The notes beneath the pieces are model-generated. The model saw only the letters and a list, made by a program, of their open reading frames with translations, did no database searches and was not told the DNA's origin. Below are positions 40,716 through 50,818 of a DNA stretch of 64,000 bases, piece after piece. This DNA is from Shigella phage ESh24. Positions within the stretch are counted from its first letter, which is position 1; every line of letters begins with the position of its first letter. Location: sequence record ON528734; one strand, given 5' to 3'. Made by a program: the position numbers and the translations under genes.

Positions 40716-41150
40716 ATGGTTCTAAGCCCTTTAATTGAGAATATGAATATGAAACAGTTAATAATTAAAAGATTGAATTTATTGATATGTTGTTTATGTG
40801 TAATAGTTGCATATGGTTATTACGCAATTAATGATTATATGCATTATAAAGATTATGATGTTACTGTAGTTAATACCCTTACAGGAACTCAAGGAAAGGG
40901 ATCTAGTTTATCGTTTATTGCCGTATATGAACTCAAAGACGGTTATAGATTTAGTGAATATATTTCCCCAGAGATGTATTCATCAATAGAAAAAGGCGAT
41001 AATATTACTGTAAGTTTACGTCCTTTTGACGTAAAACAGACATGGTTTGATAATATTATTTGGTTCTTTGGAATGGCATTAGTTCAATCTATATGTGGTA
41101 CTTATATAGTATGTTCAATCTTATTCCGCATAATTGATAAAATTGAGTGA
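40716..41150 (+). CDS. membrane protein
   Basis: 144 aa; N-terminal TM LNLLICCLCVIVAYGYYAI and C-terminal TM segment; RBS aaggatgg. Confidence 0.6.
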   Translation: MVLSPLIENMNMKQLIIKRLNLLICCLCVIVAYGYYAINDYMHYKDYDVTVVNTLTGTQGKGSSLSFIAVYELKDGYRFSEYISPEMYSSIEKGDNITVSLRPFDVKQTWFDNIIWFFGMALVQSICGTYIVCSILFRIIDKIE

Positions 41151-41157
41151 GGAAAAT

Positions 41158-42048
41158 ATGTCAGTAGTAATTAATAATGTCAATGCAGTAATTAAATCTT
41201 TAGTTAATAAGAAAATGATGAATGAATGGACTGTACTTCGTCGTGGAGAGCCAGATAAATTTTTTCATAGATTTAACCCAACTTTGGATTTGAATGTTAT
41301 TGACAGAGATGTTCATGCAGAAATTTTAGATAAGTTTAAAGTTGATATTGGATTTGGATTAGAAAAACATTTACAGCGAACAAACGGGTCTGGAATGGGT
41401 TTATCTAATCGCATTATGAAAGCCCTTAATAAAATTGGAGCATTGTCTCGTATTAATGCAAGTGAAATTCTTCGCAATTATAATAAAGGCTATGATCTTT
41501 ATGGTCGATTAATGCCGAAATTATCATTTGACCAAATGATCGCGGATTTGTGGGAAAATCAACGACGATTATTAGCATTAGGCGCTCGATTAGCTAAAGG
41601 TCTAGATAAACAAATGATTTTTAAGACCAATAATACAGAAGACCTTAAATGCTTTAAATTTAGTACTCGTGGAGATGATTATTACATCAGAGCTCGCTCT
41701 ACTGATTATGCCAATATGGGTCATCATCTCTGTTTAGCTTTTGAAGTTTTAAAAGAAGCCGGAACATTAGAATATTCATCTGGTGCAAAATGCCCGATTG
41801 GTTCAAGTTGTATTTTAATTTATCGTCCGGATGAATCCAGTTCAACTAAATTGCCTACAAAACCTGTACCAGTTCGTAGTAATGAAAAACATTCTGAACA
41901 AATTGATTATTTTAATAAGCAAATTGAAGAGCTGAATATTTCTATTCAACAGTATGACGATGAAATTTTCAGACTATCTGGATTGAGTAGTAAAGCTAAA
42001 TCTGAGCGTGAAAAATTAATTAAAATTGTTGATTTACTTAAATCTTAA
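41158..42048 (+). CDS. hypothetical protein with C-terminal coiled coil (family member 1)
   Basis: 296 aa from ATG 41158 (RBS gaggaaaat); C-terminal heptad region. Confidence 0.65.
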   Translation: MSVVINNVNAVIKSLVNKKMMNEWTVLRRGEPDKFFHRFNPTLDLNVIDRDVHAEILDKFKVDIGFGLEKHLQRTNGSGMGLSNRIMKALNKIGALSRINASEILRNYNKGYDLYGRLMPKLSFDQMIADLWENQRRLLALGARLAKGLDKQMIFKTNNTEDLKCFKFSTRGDDYYIRARSTDYANMGHHLCLAFEVLKEAGTLEYSSGAKCPIGSSCILIYRPDESSSTKLPTKPVPVRSNEKHSEQIDYFNKQIEELNISIQQYDDEIFRLSGLSSKAKSEREKLIKIVDLLKS

Positions 42049-42056
42049 GGAACACC

Positions 42057-43079
42057 ATGAAAACTCGTTCTCAAATTGAAGATATGGTTCGTAATGCCAG
42101 CTATACTCGTGATGTTATGACATTTTTGTGCCAAAATAATTTAGACCCTGATAAAGTTAATCGTGTTATTCATCACTTTAAGTATACGAATAGCAGTGAA
42201 TGGGTGCGTAATTTTAGTAAAGCAGGGTATATTACGCAAATGACTGCTCGTGAACAGCTCACCGATTTCTGTAAAACTATTGATTATAAAAATCCTCTAT
42301 TTGTTCAAGGTGTTGGTCAAAGTAAGGTCGATTTATCATCTGGATTTTTCAATCCAAATCATTATCGTATTGAATGGAGATTTATTGCTCTATTCCGTAA
42401 ACAATTAAAGCAAATTTTGTCTACTGCTAGTCGATTAAAAGGTTCTGATATTAACTTAAAGAATCTGAAATTTGATGGTTATACTCTTCAGATGGAAGTA
42501 AGACCATTAAAAGAAAATAATAGAACTGCACGAATTAGCTTTAAACCTAATACAAAAAATTCTCTTTCAATTTGTGAATGCCTTAAATCACAGTTGACAG
42601 AAGCATTTAAGTATATGGATGTTGTTGCTGCTGTTCAATCTAAGATTTTACCTCGTTTTGAACGATTTAAGTTAGATACAACAACATATGAACTTGATAT
42701 GATTGTTTCATTTAAATACGATTTTTTGAGAAAGGACGAAGTCCCGCAAGAGAAAAAGCAGGAAGTGCAAGATACCTTAAATTCATCTAATTACTCATCA
42801 AACGATCCTAAATTTTGGATGTATAGCTCAAGCAATATAGATGCATGTAAACTTAATAAAGTGAGTTTTCTTCCTACTGAAAATTCAAATTTTAAACCTG
42901 TAGAAAAATGGCACGCTGACGCGATTGAGAAGTCTCTTAAGGCAGTAGATGATGAACTCGTTAAAGCGACCAATGAAGTGCTAGAAGCTGAAAAGGTGTT
43001 AGAACAAGCTCAGTCAAGGGTTCAAAATCTGACAAAGCAACGTTCTAAACTGAACAATGCACTAAATGCACTGAACTAG
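42057..43079 (+). CDS. hypothetical protein with C-terminal coiled coil (family member 2)
   Basis: 340 aa; N-terminus MKTR…; C-terminal coiled coil …LEAEKVLEQAQSRVQNLTKQRSKLNNALNALN. Confidence 0.65.
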   Translation: MKTRSQIEDMVRNASYTRDVMTFLCQNNLDPDKVNRVIHHFKYTNSSEWVRNFSKAGYITQMTAREQLTDFCKTIDYKNPLFVQGVGQSKVDLSSGFFNPNHYRIEWRFIALFRKQLKQILSTASRLKGSDINLKNLKFDGYTLQMEVRPLKENNRTARISFKPNTKNSLSICECLKSQLTEAFKYMDVVAAVQSKILPRFERFKLDTTTYELDMIVSFKYDFLRKDEVPQEKKQEVQDTLNSSNYSSNDPKFWMYSSSNIDACKLNKVSFLPTENSNFKPVEKWHADAIEKSLKAVDDELVKATNEVLEAEKVLEQAQSRVQNLTKQRSKLNNALNALN

Positions 43080-43108
43080 TTTACTTTGCCACAAGGATGT
43101 GGTATAAT
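43079..43108 (+). promoter_or_regulatory. early promoter (GTTTAC -35, TGGTATAAT -10)
   Basis: Near-consensus spacing and extended -10 upstream of gene 43137. Confidence 0.55.
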
Positions 43109-43136
43109 GTTCTTACTTTCTACTGAGGAGATTAAT

Positions 43137-44138
43137 ATGACTCGTAACGAATATATCAAATCATTCAATAGCGTTATTGATGATAAAGCTATACCGATGT
43201 TTGGCCAAAATAGCGTTCTTTCTATTATTAATCAATGGCTCAATAGTGTTGATGCAAGTATTGTTTCTTCTACTAAATTTATTCATGAAATTCGTAAAAT
43301 TTCTAGCCGTGTAGATAAAGATCTTATCAAGAAAACCTTTAAAGAGTCTCGTCTTCTTTCATATTTGGTTAATCGGGATATTCTTGGTAATTTTGGGAAA
43401 GAAATTAAACGAACCAAAGATGTAGTAGGATATAATTGGTTCGGTGATGTTAATTCTTATCATCTTAATAATAAAGAAGACCCTGAGAATATTTTTACTC
43501 GTCGTTGGATTAGTAATTTCAGACTTTTCAAAGGACAAATTCTAAAATCAGCTTCTAAATTATGTTATGGCGATTATCGTCAAATTCATCCTTTGGCTTC
43601 TGATATGATTATCGTAAAAGAATATGAGCTTGATGAAAATAAAGTAGCTATTTTTGTGAATTATGGATTTTTTACACCAAACGCTAACCAAAAGAATATT
43701 AATAAATTTTTCTCAATTGCTAGCACTATAACTCGTCAGTTAGAGACTGCATTACTTTGTATGGAAACAGTAGAAAATATTCATACATATCCTTTTAAGA
43801 ATATATGCGGATGGGAAGGATATAAAATTGTAATTAGTCTTCGTGAAGTGAAATGTGCTTATTCACCTACTGATAAAGAAATTTACCAACAAAAATGCGA
43901 AGAAATTGTGAATACTCCTAAAGAAGAAACTACCCTTGAGGAACTAATGGATAATCTTGATGATTCGCCTGAACCGGTAGAAATTCGTCCAGAAGTTATT
44001 GCGTTAGAAAAAGCTTATAAAGAAGTTCTAGAAATTTCTAATAAAGCACAGAAAGAATATGAGCAGGCTAAAAGGATTTGGGAAGAATCTGTTAATCGTC
44101 TTGATCGTTTGGAACAAGCTTTACAGTTAATTAAGTAA
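43137..44138 (+). CDS. hypothetical protein with C-terminal coiled coil (family member 3)
   Basis: 333 aa from ATG 43137 (RBS gaggag); C-terminal coiled coil. Confidence 0.65.
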   Translation: MTRNEYIKSFNSVIDDKAIPMFGQNSVLSIINQWLNSVDASIVSSTKFIHEIRKISSRVDKDLIKKTFKESRLLSYLVNRDILGNFGKEIKRTKDVVGYNWFGDVNSYHLNNKEDPENIFTRRWISNFRLFKGQILKSASKLCYGDYRQIHPLASDMIIVKEYELDENKVAIFVNYGFFTPNANQKNINKFFSIASTITRQLETALLCMETVENIHTYPFKNICGWEGYKIVISLREVKCAYSPTDKEIYQQKCEEIVNTPKEETTLEELMDNLDDSPEPVEIRPEVIALEKAYKEVLEISNKAQKEYEQAKRIWEESVNRLDRLEQALQLIK

Positions 44139-44190
44139 TTTAAAGCCAAGGATGGCTCGGAGTATAAACCATTAACCAAGTGAGAAGAAT

Positions 44191-45117
44191 ATGAAAACTC
44201 GTAAACATTATATTGATTATTTTGACAGTCTTATTACTAAACATCGTGATTATCAGATAGGACACAGAACAGTAGTTAATAATATTCTTCGTGATTTTTT
44301 AGACTATATTGGATGGGAAAACCATATTTGTAAAGATACACAAAATGCGTATTCACATTCTCTTGGTTCTTTGCTAGGGTGGTTCAAACGTTCCCGATTA
44401 CTATCTTCTGTGATAGCTGTTAATAATGTTAAAAAATTTATGTATCCAAGCTATATTGAGACTAATGTATCAAATGCTAATGTTGTTACATTTAATATTA
44501 TTAATGACGTGAAAAGAACTTATTTAGAAGAATGGTTTTCTAAAAATAGTAAAGAAAAATTTGCTAGTGAGTTTTCACACGAATTTAATAATAATGTGAA
44601 TATGCTTTTTAAGCATTCTCGTAGACTGTTTTGTCATGGCGATGACCGTACTATTAATGTAAATGTAAAAGATTGGGTTACGGCTAAATTCATTCCATCA
44701 TCACAGAATGGACCATTTGAATTGTCAATTATTGTTTGTGCTCCACATGAAATATATAAAAATCTTCCATATATGAAACCATGTGAAGCTAATAAACATA
44801 ATAAAACGATTCGTTCTTTGACTTATAATCTTCGTACGTTATTGTCTAAAATGGACGTAGTTGAATCCTTTGATGATAATACGAATTATGGTCTTTCACT
44901 GTTTGAAACTAAAGTTGTTATTAAGTTAAAGGACCCTAGTAAATTTAAACCTACGCCAAAATCCAATCATGAAAATGATACTATGAAAGAAGAACGCGAA
45001 TATCTCAATGCTCGTTTGATTGAAGTTGAAGCCCAAATTGCAGAACACACCAAATTGTTAAAAGCTCTTAATGCAAAAGCAAATGGTTTACGTAATGCTA
45101 TTGAGGTATTGAAATGA
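44191..45117 (+). CDS. hypothetical protein with C-terminal coiled coil (family member 4)
   Basis: 308 aa; N-terminus MKTR…; C-terminal coiled coil …[29 protein letters not shown]. Confidence 0.65.
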   Translation: MKTRKHYIDYFDSLITKHRDYQIGHRTVVNNILRDFLDYIGWENHICKDTQNAYSHSLGSLLGWFKRSRLLSSVIAVNNVKKFMYPSYIETNVSNANVVTFNIINDVKRTYLEEWFSKNSKEKFASEFSHEFNNNVNMLFKHSRRLFCHGDDRTINVNVKDWVTAKFIPSSQNGPFELSIIVCAPHEIYKNLPYMKPCEANKHNKTIRSLTYNLRTLLSKMDVVESFDDNTNYGLSLFETKVVIKLKDPSKFKPTPKSNHENDTMKEEREYLNARLIEVEAQIAEHTKLLKALNAKANGLRNAIEVLK

Positions 45118-45431
45118 AAAAGCGTCTATTAGAAGACATTGCAGCTTCAAGTAATTCTAGTCTAATTAAAATTATTATGGCTGGTGAAGAAGACGATCTG
45201 GAAATGCGTGGAAAGATTCATGGTTGTGACGATTTAGATTTTAAACCGCCAGCCTGGGACGCTATTATGGTTATGGTTGAACGTCGCGAAAGGGCTTCTA
45301 AAAACGTTCCTAATTGCCCTGAATGCGGTACTGAACAGGTGCAATTGGTCCATTGGCAGACTAGTAATCTTCGTTATAAATGTCGCCATTGTAAACACCG
45401 ATTTGACCGAGAAGAAAATGACCAAGCGTAA
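45114..45431 (+). CDS. zinc-ribbon-containing small protein
   Basis: 105 aa; CPECG…(17)…CRHCKH four-Cys ribbon at the C-terminus. Confidence 0.55.
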   Translation: MKKRLLEDIAASSNSSLIKIIMAGEEDDLEMRGKIHGCDDLDFKPPAWDAIMVMVERRERASKNVPNCPECGTEQVQLVHWQTSNLRYKCRHCKHRFDREENDQA

Positions 45432-45660
45432 AGAATATATGGAGGCTGCTGAAAAGGCAGTCCGTGAATTAGCAATAGCTTATTATAATGAACATGGTAA
45501 ATTTCCTGATAGATACAGCGTGCTTAAATCTGCTTTAACTCGTTCATATAAAAATATGCTATCAGAAGTAAGTGATATTATATACAAACATAAAGAACAA
45601 ACAGGCCAAAGTCTTGATTACGACGAGACTTTTAAACAAGTACTAGGAATTAAGGAATAA
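45418..45660 (+). CDS. hypothetical protein
   Basis: 80 aa from ATG 45418; the upstream extension overlaps the previous gene. Confidence 0.5.
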   Translation: MTKRKEYMEAAEKAVRELAIAYYNEHGKFPDRYSVLKSALTRSYKNMLSEVSDIIYKHKEQTGQSLDYDETFKQVLGIKE

Positions 45661-45661
45661 T

Positions 45662-45925
45662 ATGTTTAAAGTATATGGTTATGATAGCAACATCCATAAA
45701 TGCGTGTATTGTGATAATGCAAAACGTCTTTTGACCGTGAAGAAACAGCCATTTGAATTTATCAACATTATGCCGGAAAAAGGTGTTTTTGATGATGAGA
45801 AAATTGCTGAGCTTCTGACTAAACTAGGTCGTGATACTCAAATTGGATTGACAATGCCGCAGGTATTCGCTCCAGATGGAAGTCATATTGGTGGATTTGA
45901 CCAATTGCGGGAATATTTTAAATGA
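45662..45925 (+). CDS. nrdC: thioredoxin/glutaredoxin (ribonucleotide reductase hydrogen donor)
   Basis: 87 aa; CxxC active site CVYC; same length as T4 NrdC. Confidence 0.85.
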   Translation: MFKVYGYDSNIHKCVYCDNAKRLLTVKKQPFEFINIMPEKGVFDDEKIAELLTKLGRDTQIGLTMPQVFAPDGSHIGGFDQLREYFK

Positions 45926-46137
45926 TGCTTGAAGGAACTGATTATATCCATGACTACCGCGGAAGCGCGGTATATGTAGGTGATGAAGTTGCAGTTTACT
46001 ACGGGTATGGAACTTTGATGACAGCTAAGGTTATTCAAATTAAAAATAATCGTGCTAAACTCGAAGTTTATTATTCTAATGGTGAAAAGTCTATTTCTAA
46101 ATGGAAATATGGCGATTGCATGGTTAAACTGGGGTAA
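45922..46137 (+). CDS. hypothetical protein
   Basis: 71-aa ORF, ATGA overlap with nrdC. Confidence 0.5.
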   Translation: MMLEGTDYIHDYRGSAVYVGDEVAVYYGYGTLMTAKVIQIKNNRAKLEVYYSNGEKSISKWKYGDCMVKLG

Positions 46138-46139
46138 AT

Positions 46140-46310
46140 ATGATTTACGATATTAGTGTATCAAGAACTCCGTCAATGGTTACTATTCCAGCTGAAGAAT
46201 TAGATCGTCTTCATAAAATTGAAGAACTTCTTTGGGAAATTGAATGTGACCTGCCATCAGGACTAGAATCCTGGATTGAATATGAAGAACTTAATAAGCT
46301 TCGGGATTAA
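46140..46310 (+). CDS. small hypothetical protein
   Basis: 56 aa. Confidence 0.4.
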   Translation: MIYDISVSRTPSMVTIPAEELDRLHKIEELLWEIECDLPSGLESWIEYEELNKLRD

Positions 46311-46432
46311 ACCTTGGTGGGCGGCTAGATGGGAAACTGTAGAGCCAGAGCCGGAAGAACCGGTTTACACAGATGAAGAAATAGTATATAATGAACCAAC
46401 AATAAATGACTTAATTGATATGGAGATGGGAC

Positions 46433-46879
46433 ATGATTACAGTAAATAAATGGTTTAGAATTAATCGTGCTGATAATGGTCTTTGTACATACTGGCCAGA
46501 ACTCAATGTAGGCACCGTCTTTAAAGTTCGTCAAATTGCATGTGAAGATCTTGATAGTATAGAATCTGATACTGGAATTATTGAAATTGAACTTTCTGAC
46601 GGAAAGATTATTAATATCTACGATAAGCCAATTACTTACTGGTGTTTGTGGAATAACGAATCTGTCGAAAATGGCGAAATTGAAGAAGTTGTAGAACGAA
46701 TTGATCAAGTTCTTCATAAACCCAAAGCTGAATTCCAAGGTGAACGTATTTCTTATGCTCTAGCTAAATTAGCTGGGCAAGAGAATAATGATGGTTATGA
46801 AGGTAACCTGATGCAAGCTGCGGCAGAATATATTGAATGGCTTGAAACTCAAAAATCTTTTTCTGACCGAGCGTTTTAA
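46433..46879 (+). CDS. hypothetical protein (at the position of T4 pin/49.x genes)
   Basis: 148 aa from ATG 46433 (RBS ggagatggga); the six-frame start at 46415 is TTG. Confidence 0.55.
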   Translation: MITVNKWFRINRADNGLCTYWPELNVGTVFKVRQIACEDLDSIESDTGIIEIELSDGKIINIYDKPITYWCLWNNESVENGEIEEVVERIDQVLHKPKAEFQGERISYALAKLAGQENNDGYEGNLMQAAAEYIEWLETQKSFSDRAF

Positions 46880-47055
46880 TGAAAACTGAACTGATTTATA
46901 CAGAAAAACTGAATGGCGGCAAGGTCTGGAAACTTTTTATTAAAGGAAGTCCTGTCGATCCCAATATGACTACTTGTGTAGGAACTTATTCCCGTCCTAC
47001 TAAAAAGATGATTCGACAATATAAGCGATTGCATCGTGCATTTTACAATACTTGA
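46879..47055 (+). CDS. small basic hypothetical protein
   Basis: 58 aa. Confidence 0.4.
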   Translation: MKTELIYTEKLNGGKVWKLFIKGSPVDPNMTTCVGTYSRPTKKMIRQYKRLHRAFYNT

Positions 47056-47096
47056 AAATAATAAATACCCTTATCTATTTAAGGTAAGGGTTTATT

Positions 47097-47570
47097 ATGT
47101 TATTGACTGGCAAATTATACAAAGAAGAAAAACAGAAATTTTATGATGCACAAAATGGTAAATGTTTAATTTGCCAGCGAGAACTAAATCCTGATGTTCA
47201 AGCTAATCATCTTGATCATGACCATGAATTAAATGGACCAAAAGCAGGAAAGGTACGTGGATTGCTTTGTAATCTCTGCAATGCCGCAGAAGGTCAAATG
47301 AAACATAAATTTAATCGTTCTGGCTTAAAGGGGCAAGGTGTTGATTATCTTGAATGGTTAGAAAATTTACTTACTTATTTAAAATCCGATTACACCCAAA
47401 ATAATATTCACCCTAACTTTGTTGGAGATAAATCAAAGGAATTTTCTCGTTTAGGAAAAGATGAAATGATGGCTGAGATGCTTCAAAGAGGATTTGAATA
47501 TAATGAATCTGACACTAAAACACAGTTAATAGCTTCATTTAAGAAGCAGCTTAGAAAGAGTTTAAAATGA
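47097..47570 (+). CDS. 49: endonuclease VII (Holliday junction resolvase)
   Basis: 157 aa; Zn-binding cysteines CLICQ…CNLCN and HLDHDHE motif; same length as T4 gp49. Confidence 0.85.
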   Translation: MLLTGKLYKEEKQKFYDAQNGKCLICQRELNPDVQANHLDHDHELNGPKAGKVRGLLCNLCNAAEGQMKHKFNRSGLKGQGVDYLEWLENLLTYLKSDYTQNNIHPNFVGDKSKEFSRLGKDEMMAEMLQRGFEYNESDTKTQLIASFKKQLRKSLK

Positions 47571-49384
47571 CAATTGAAAAAGAAATTGAAGGATTGATTC
47601 ATAAAACTAATAAAGACCTTTTGAACGAGAATGCTAATAAAGATTCTCGTGTTTTTCCAACTCAACGGGACCTTATGGCTGGTATTGTGTCTAAACACAT
47701 TGCCAAAAATATGGTCCCGTCTTTTATTATGAAAGCGCATGAAAGCGGAATTATTCATTTCCATGATATTGATTATTCCCCTGCTCTTCCATTTACTAAT
47801 TGTTGTTTAGTAGATTTAAAAGGAATGCTTGAAAACGGATTTAAGCTTGGTAATGCACAGATTGAAACTCCTAAATCAATTGGAGTTGCTACTGCAATTA
47901 TGGCACAAATTACTGCGCAAGTTGCTTCTCACCAATACGGCGGAACGACCTTTGCGAATGTAGATAAAGTACTTTCTCCTTATGTTAAACGCACCTATGC
48001 AAAACATATTGAGGATGCAGAAAAATGGCAAATCGCCGATGCGTTGAATTATGCTCAATCTAAAACAGAAAAAGATGTATACGATGCATTCCAAGCTTAT
48101 GAATATGAAGTAAATACTCTCTTTAGTTCAAACGGACAGACTCCTTTTGTAACAATTACATTTGGTACGGGAACTGACTGGACTGAACGAATGATTCAGA
48201 AAGCAATTCTGAAAAATCGTATTAAAGGTCTTGGTCGTGATGGGATAACTCCTATTTTCCCTAAGCTTGTTATGTTCGTCGAAGAAGGTGTTAATCTTTA
48301 TAAAGACGATCCGAACTATGATATTAAGCAACTTGCTCTAGAGTGCGCAAGTAAAAGAATGTATCCTGATATTATTTCAGCTAAGAACAATAAAGCTATC
48401 ACTGGCTCATCTATTCCTGTTTCTCCAATGGGTTGTCGTAGTTTCTTGAGCATATGGAAAGATTCGACTGGTAATGAAATTCTTGATGGACGTAATAATC
48501 TTGGCGTTGTAACACTGAATCTTCCTCGTATCGCATTAGATTCTTATATTGGAACACAGTTCAATGAACAGAAATTTACTGAATTATTCAATGAACGAAT
48601 GGATTTATGTTTTGAAGCTTTGATGCGTAGAATTAGTTCCTTAAAAGGAGTTAAAGCTACTGTTGCTCCTATTCTTTACCAAGAAGGTGCATTCGGGGTT
48701 CGTCTTAAACCTGACGACGACATAATTGAGTTATTTAAAAACGGTAGAAGTTCAGTGTCTTTAGGATACATTGGTATTCACGAATTGAATATTCTTGCCG
48801 GTCGTGATATTGGACGAGAAATTTTAACTAAAATGAATGCTCGTCTTAAACAGTGGACTGAAAGAACTGGATTTGCTTTTAGTTTATATTCGACTCCTGC
48901 TGAAAACCTTTGTTATCGCTTCTGTAAACTTGATACTGAAAAATATGGAAGTGTAAAGGATGTTACCGATAAAGGCTGGTACACTAATAGTTTCCATGTT
49001 TCAGTAGAAGAAAATATTACTCCGTTTGAAAAGATTTCTCGTGAAGCGCCATATCATTTCATTGCGACAGGTGGTCACATTTCTTATGTTGAACTTCCTG
49101 ATATGAAAAATAACTTAAAGGGTCTTGAGGCTGTCTGGGATTATGCTGTGCAGCATTTAGATTATTTTGGTGTTAACATGCCAGTAGATAAGTGTTTTAC
49201 ATGCGGAAGTACCCATGAAATGACTCCTACTGAAAGCGGATTTGTTTGTTCTATTTGTGGAGAAAGTGATCCTAAAAAGATGAACACAATAAGAAGAACA
49301 TGTGGTTATTTGGGAAATCCGAACGAGCGCGGATTTAATCTTGGCAAAAATAAAGAAATCATGCATAGGGTTAAACACCAATGA
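47567..49384 (+). CDS. nrdD: anaerobic ribonucleotide reductase large subunit (class III)
   Basis: 605 aa contiguous ORF; C-terminal Zn-ribbon CFTCGS…CSICG and glycyl-radical tail RRTCGYLGN. Confidence 0.92.
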   Translation: MTIEKEIEGLIHKTNKDLLNENANKDSRVFPTQRDLMAGIVSKHIAKNMVPSFIMKAHESGIIHFHDIDYSPALPFTNCCLVDLKGMLENGFKLGNAQIETPKSIGVATAIMAQITAQVASHQYGGTTFANVDKVLSPYVKRTYAKHIEDAEKWQIADALNYAQSKTEKDVYDAFQAYEYEVNTLFSSNGQTPFVTITFGTGTDWTERMIQKAILKNRIKGLGRDGITPIFPKLVMFVEEGVNLYKDDPNYDIKQLALECASKRMYPDIISAKNNKAITGSSIPVSPMGCRSFLSIWKDSTGNEILDGRNNLGVVTLNLPRIALDSYIGTQFNEQKFTELFNERMDLCFEALMRRISSLKGVKATVAPILYQEGAFGVRLKPDDDIIELFKNGRSSVSLGYIGIHELNILAGRDIGREILTKMNARLKQWTERTGFAFSLYSTPAENLCYRFCKLDTEKYGSVKDVTDKGWYTNSFHVSVEENITPFEKISREAPYHFIATGGHISYVELPDMKNNLKGLEAVWDYAVQHLDYFGVNMPVDKCFTCGSTHEMTPTESGFVCSICGESDPKKMNTIRRTCGYLGNPNERGFNLGKNKEIMHRVKHQ

Positions 49385-49851
49385 ATTATGACAGAATATA
49401 CCCGTGCTGCTTTGTGAATGGCCCTGGATGCAGGACTGTTCTTTTCGTTACAGGTTGTTTGCATAAATGCGAAGGGTGTTATAATAAATCAACATGGAAT
49501 GCTAGAAATGGTATTCCATTCACTGGTGAAACACTAGAGCAATTAATTGAATGTTTGAATAATGATTATATAGAAGGATTAACTATAACTGGAGGAGACC
49601 CTCTCTATCCTGATAATCGAGATGTTATTCATTGCATTGTTCAAACAGTAAAAAATCTTTATCCCAATAAAAGCATTTGGTTGTGGACAGGATATAAATT
49701 TGAAGATATTAAACAACTAGAAATGCTTAAATATGTTGATGTTATTATTGATGGGAAGTATGAGAAAAATCTTCCGACTAAAAAGCTGTGGCGAGGATCA
49801 GATAATCAGCGACTTTGGTCAAATACCGATGGGGTGTGGAAACATGATTAA
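49381..49851 (+). CDS. nrdG: anaerobic RNR activating protein (radical SAM)
   Basis: 156 aa; Cys cluster CLHKCEGC; directly follows nrdD. Confidence 0.85.
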   Translation: MNYDRIYPCCFVNGPGCRTVLFVTGCLHKCEGCYNKSTWNARNGIPFTGETLEQLIECLNNDYIEGLTITGGDPLYPDNRDVIHCIVQTVKNLYPNKSIWLWTGYKFEDIKQLEMLKYVDVIIDGKYEKNLPTKKLWRGSDNQRLWSNTDGVWKHD

Positions 49852-49953
49852 ATTGAATTATATTATGGATACTATAAATGATATGATTTTTCATTTTGGT
49901 CCACAGTATAGTTTAGTGCTTATCAATGCTTGGTTAATTAATTAAGGGTAAAT

Positions 49954-50166
49954 ATGTATAAATTTCGTAAAGGTTTAGCTGATTTTCTTACAACTGTAAC
50001 ATTCTTTCTGTTTATGGCAGTTGGAGCTATTTTCCTTATTCCTTTTATTGCTATATTTTTCGTGATTAGTTTAATTTCTCCAGAAAAGGGCTTATCTTCT
50101 AGTGAGTTTAATGAGCGTCTGGATAAAATTACTAACAAGCTGAATGCTGCTCTTAGTAAGGAATAG
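49954..50166 (+). CDS. small membrane protein
   Basis: 70 aa with hydrophobic core TVTFFLFMAVGAIFLIPFIAIFFVISLI. Confidence 0.5.
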   Translation: MYKFRKGLADFLTTVTFFLFMAVGAIFLIPFIAIFFVISLISPEKGLSSSEFNERLDKITNKLNAALSKE

Positions 50167-50168
50167 TT

Positions 50169-50477
50169 GTGAAACAAAATAAGATTGAAGTCTATGGAAT
50201 TCCAGATGAAGTAGGTCGTTGTCCTGGATGTCAATCAGTTACAAAACTTCTAAAGGAGCTCAATGCTCCTTTTACTTTCTATAAAGTTCTTACAAATAAC
50301 GGTAAGATTGAGTATGATCGTCCGCTGATTGTATCTCTTGCTAAACGCGCTGGATTCACATCTCTTAACATTCGTTATCCAGTCATTTTCATTAATGATT
50401 CTAGACAAAAGAACATTAAACACTTCAAAGAAACTCTCATTTCACTTGGATATGATAGAGATATCATAGAAGACTAA
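50169..50477 (+). CDS. nrdH: glutaredoxin-like protein
   Basis: 102 aa; CxxC motif CPGC near the N-terminus; followed by a terminator. Confidence 0.65.
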   Translation: MKQNKIEVYGIPDEVGRCPGCQSVTKLLKELNAPFTFYKVLTNNGKIEYDRPLIVSLAKRAGFTSLNIRYPVIFINDSRQKNIKHFKETLISLGYDRDIIED

Positions 50478-50480
50478 GAC

Positions 50481-50500
50481 GGGCCCTCTGGGCCTTTCTT
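50481..50500 (+). terminator. intrinsic terminator
   Basis: ggccc-tct-gggcc hairpin followed by a T-rich tract. Confidence 0.5.
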
Positions 50501-50575
50501 TCTTACATTCTGTATATTACCATTCTAAGCTATCGTTCCATTCTTATCATTCCCTAAAATAATTTTCACAAAGTT

Positions 50576-50606
50576 GTTTACAACAAGTTCAAACTGTGGT
50601 ATTATT
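50576..50606 (+). promoter_or_regulatory. early-type promoter (GTTTACA … TGGTATTAT)
   Basis: aattttcacaaagttgtttaca block as at 38651 and 18741. Confidence 0.5.
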
Positions 50607-50635
50607 AACACATGAATTGCCTTTGAGGAATTGAT

Positions 50636-50818
50636 ATGGTTGTGGTTGATAAAGAAATTAAAAAGGGACAGTATTATCTTATTAATGGTAATGCTGTTCG
50701 CGTTACTTACGTAAATGGTTATGATGTTTATTATCTTATACTTAAGTTACATAAACACATGATTTGTGACCGTGCTGTATTTAGTTCAGTTGCTAAGGAA
50801 ATTAAACTCCATGGGTAA
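50636..50818 (+). CDS. small hypothetical protein
   Basis: 60 aa; RBS gaggaattgat. Confidence 0.5.
   Translation: MVVVDKEIKKGQYYLINGNAVRVTYVNGYDVYYLILKLHKHMICDRAVFSSVAKEIKLHG

Noticed and set aside
46300-46440. Short open frame between the 46140 ORF and the 46433 gene, possibly coding
   Set aside because: No ATG/GTG/TTG start with an RBS in that frame; treated as intergenic or untranslated leader.
46325-46738. Antisense and shadow ORFs within coding regions (e.g. 46325-46738 minus, 59928-60344 minus, 29315-29698 minus, 1340-1531 plus, 8020-8394 plus)
   Set aside because: They overlap well-supported genes on the opposite strand, lack RBSs and are typical chance ORFs in AT-rich phage DNA.
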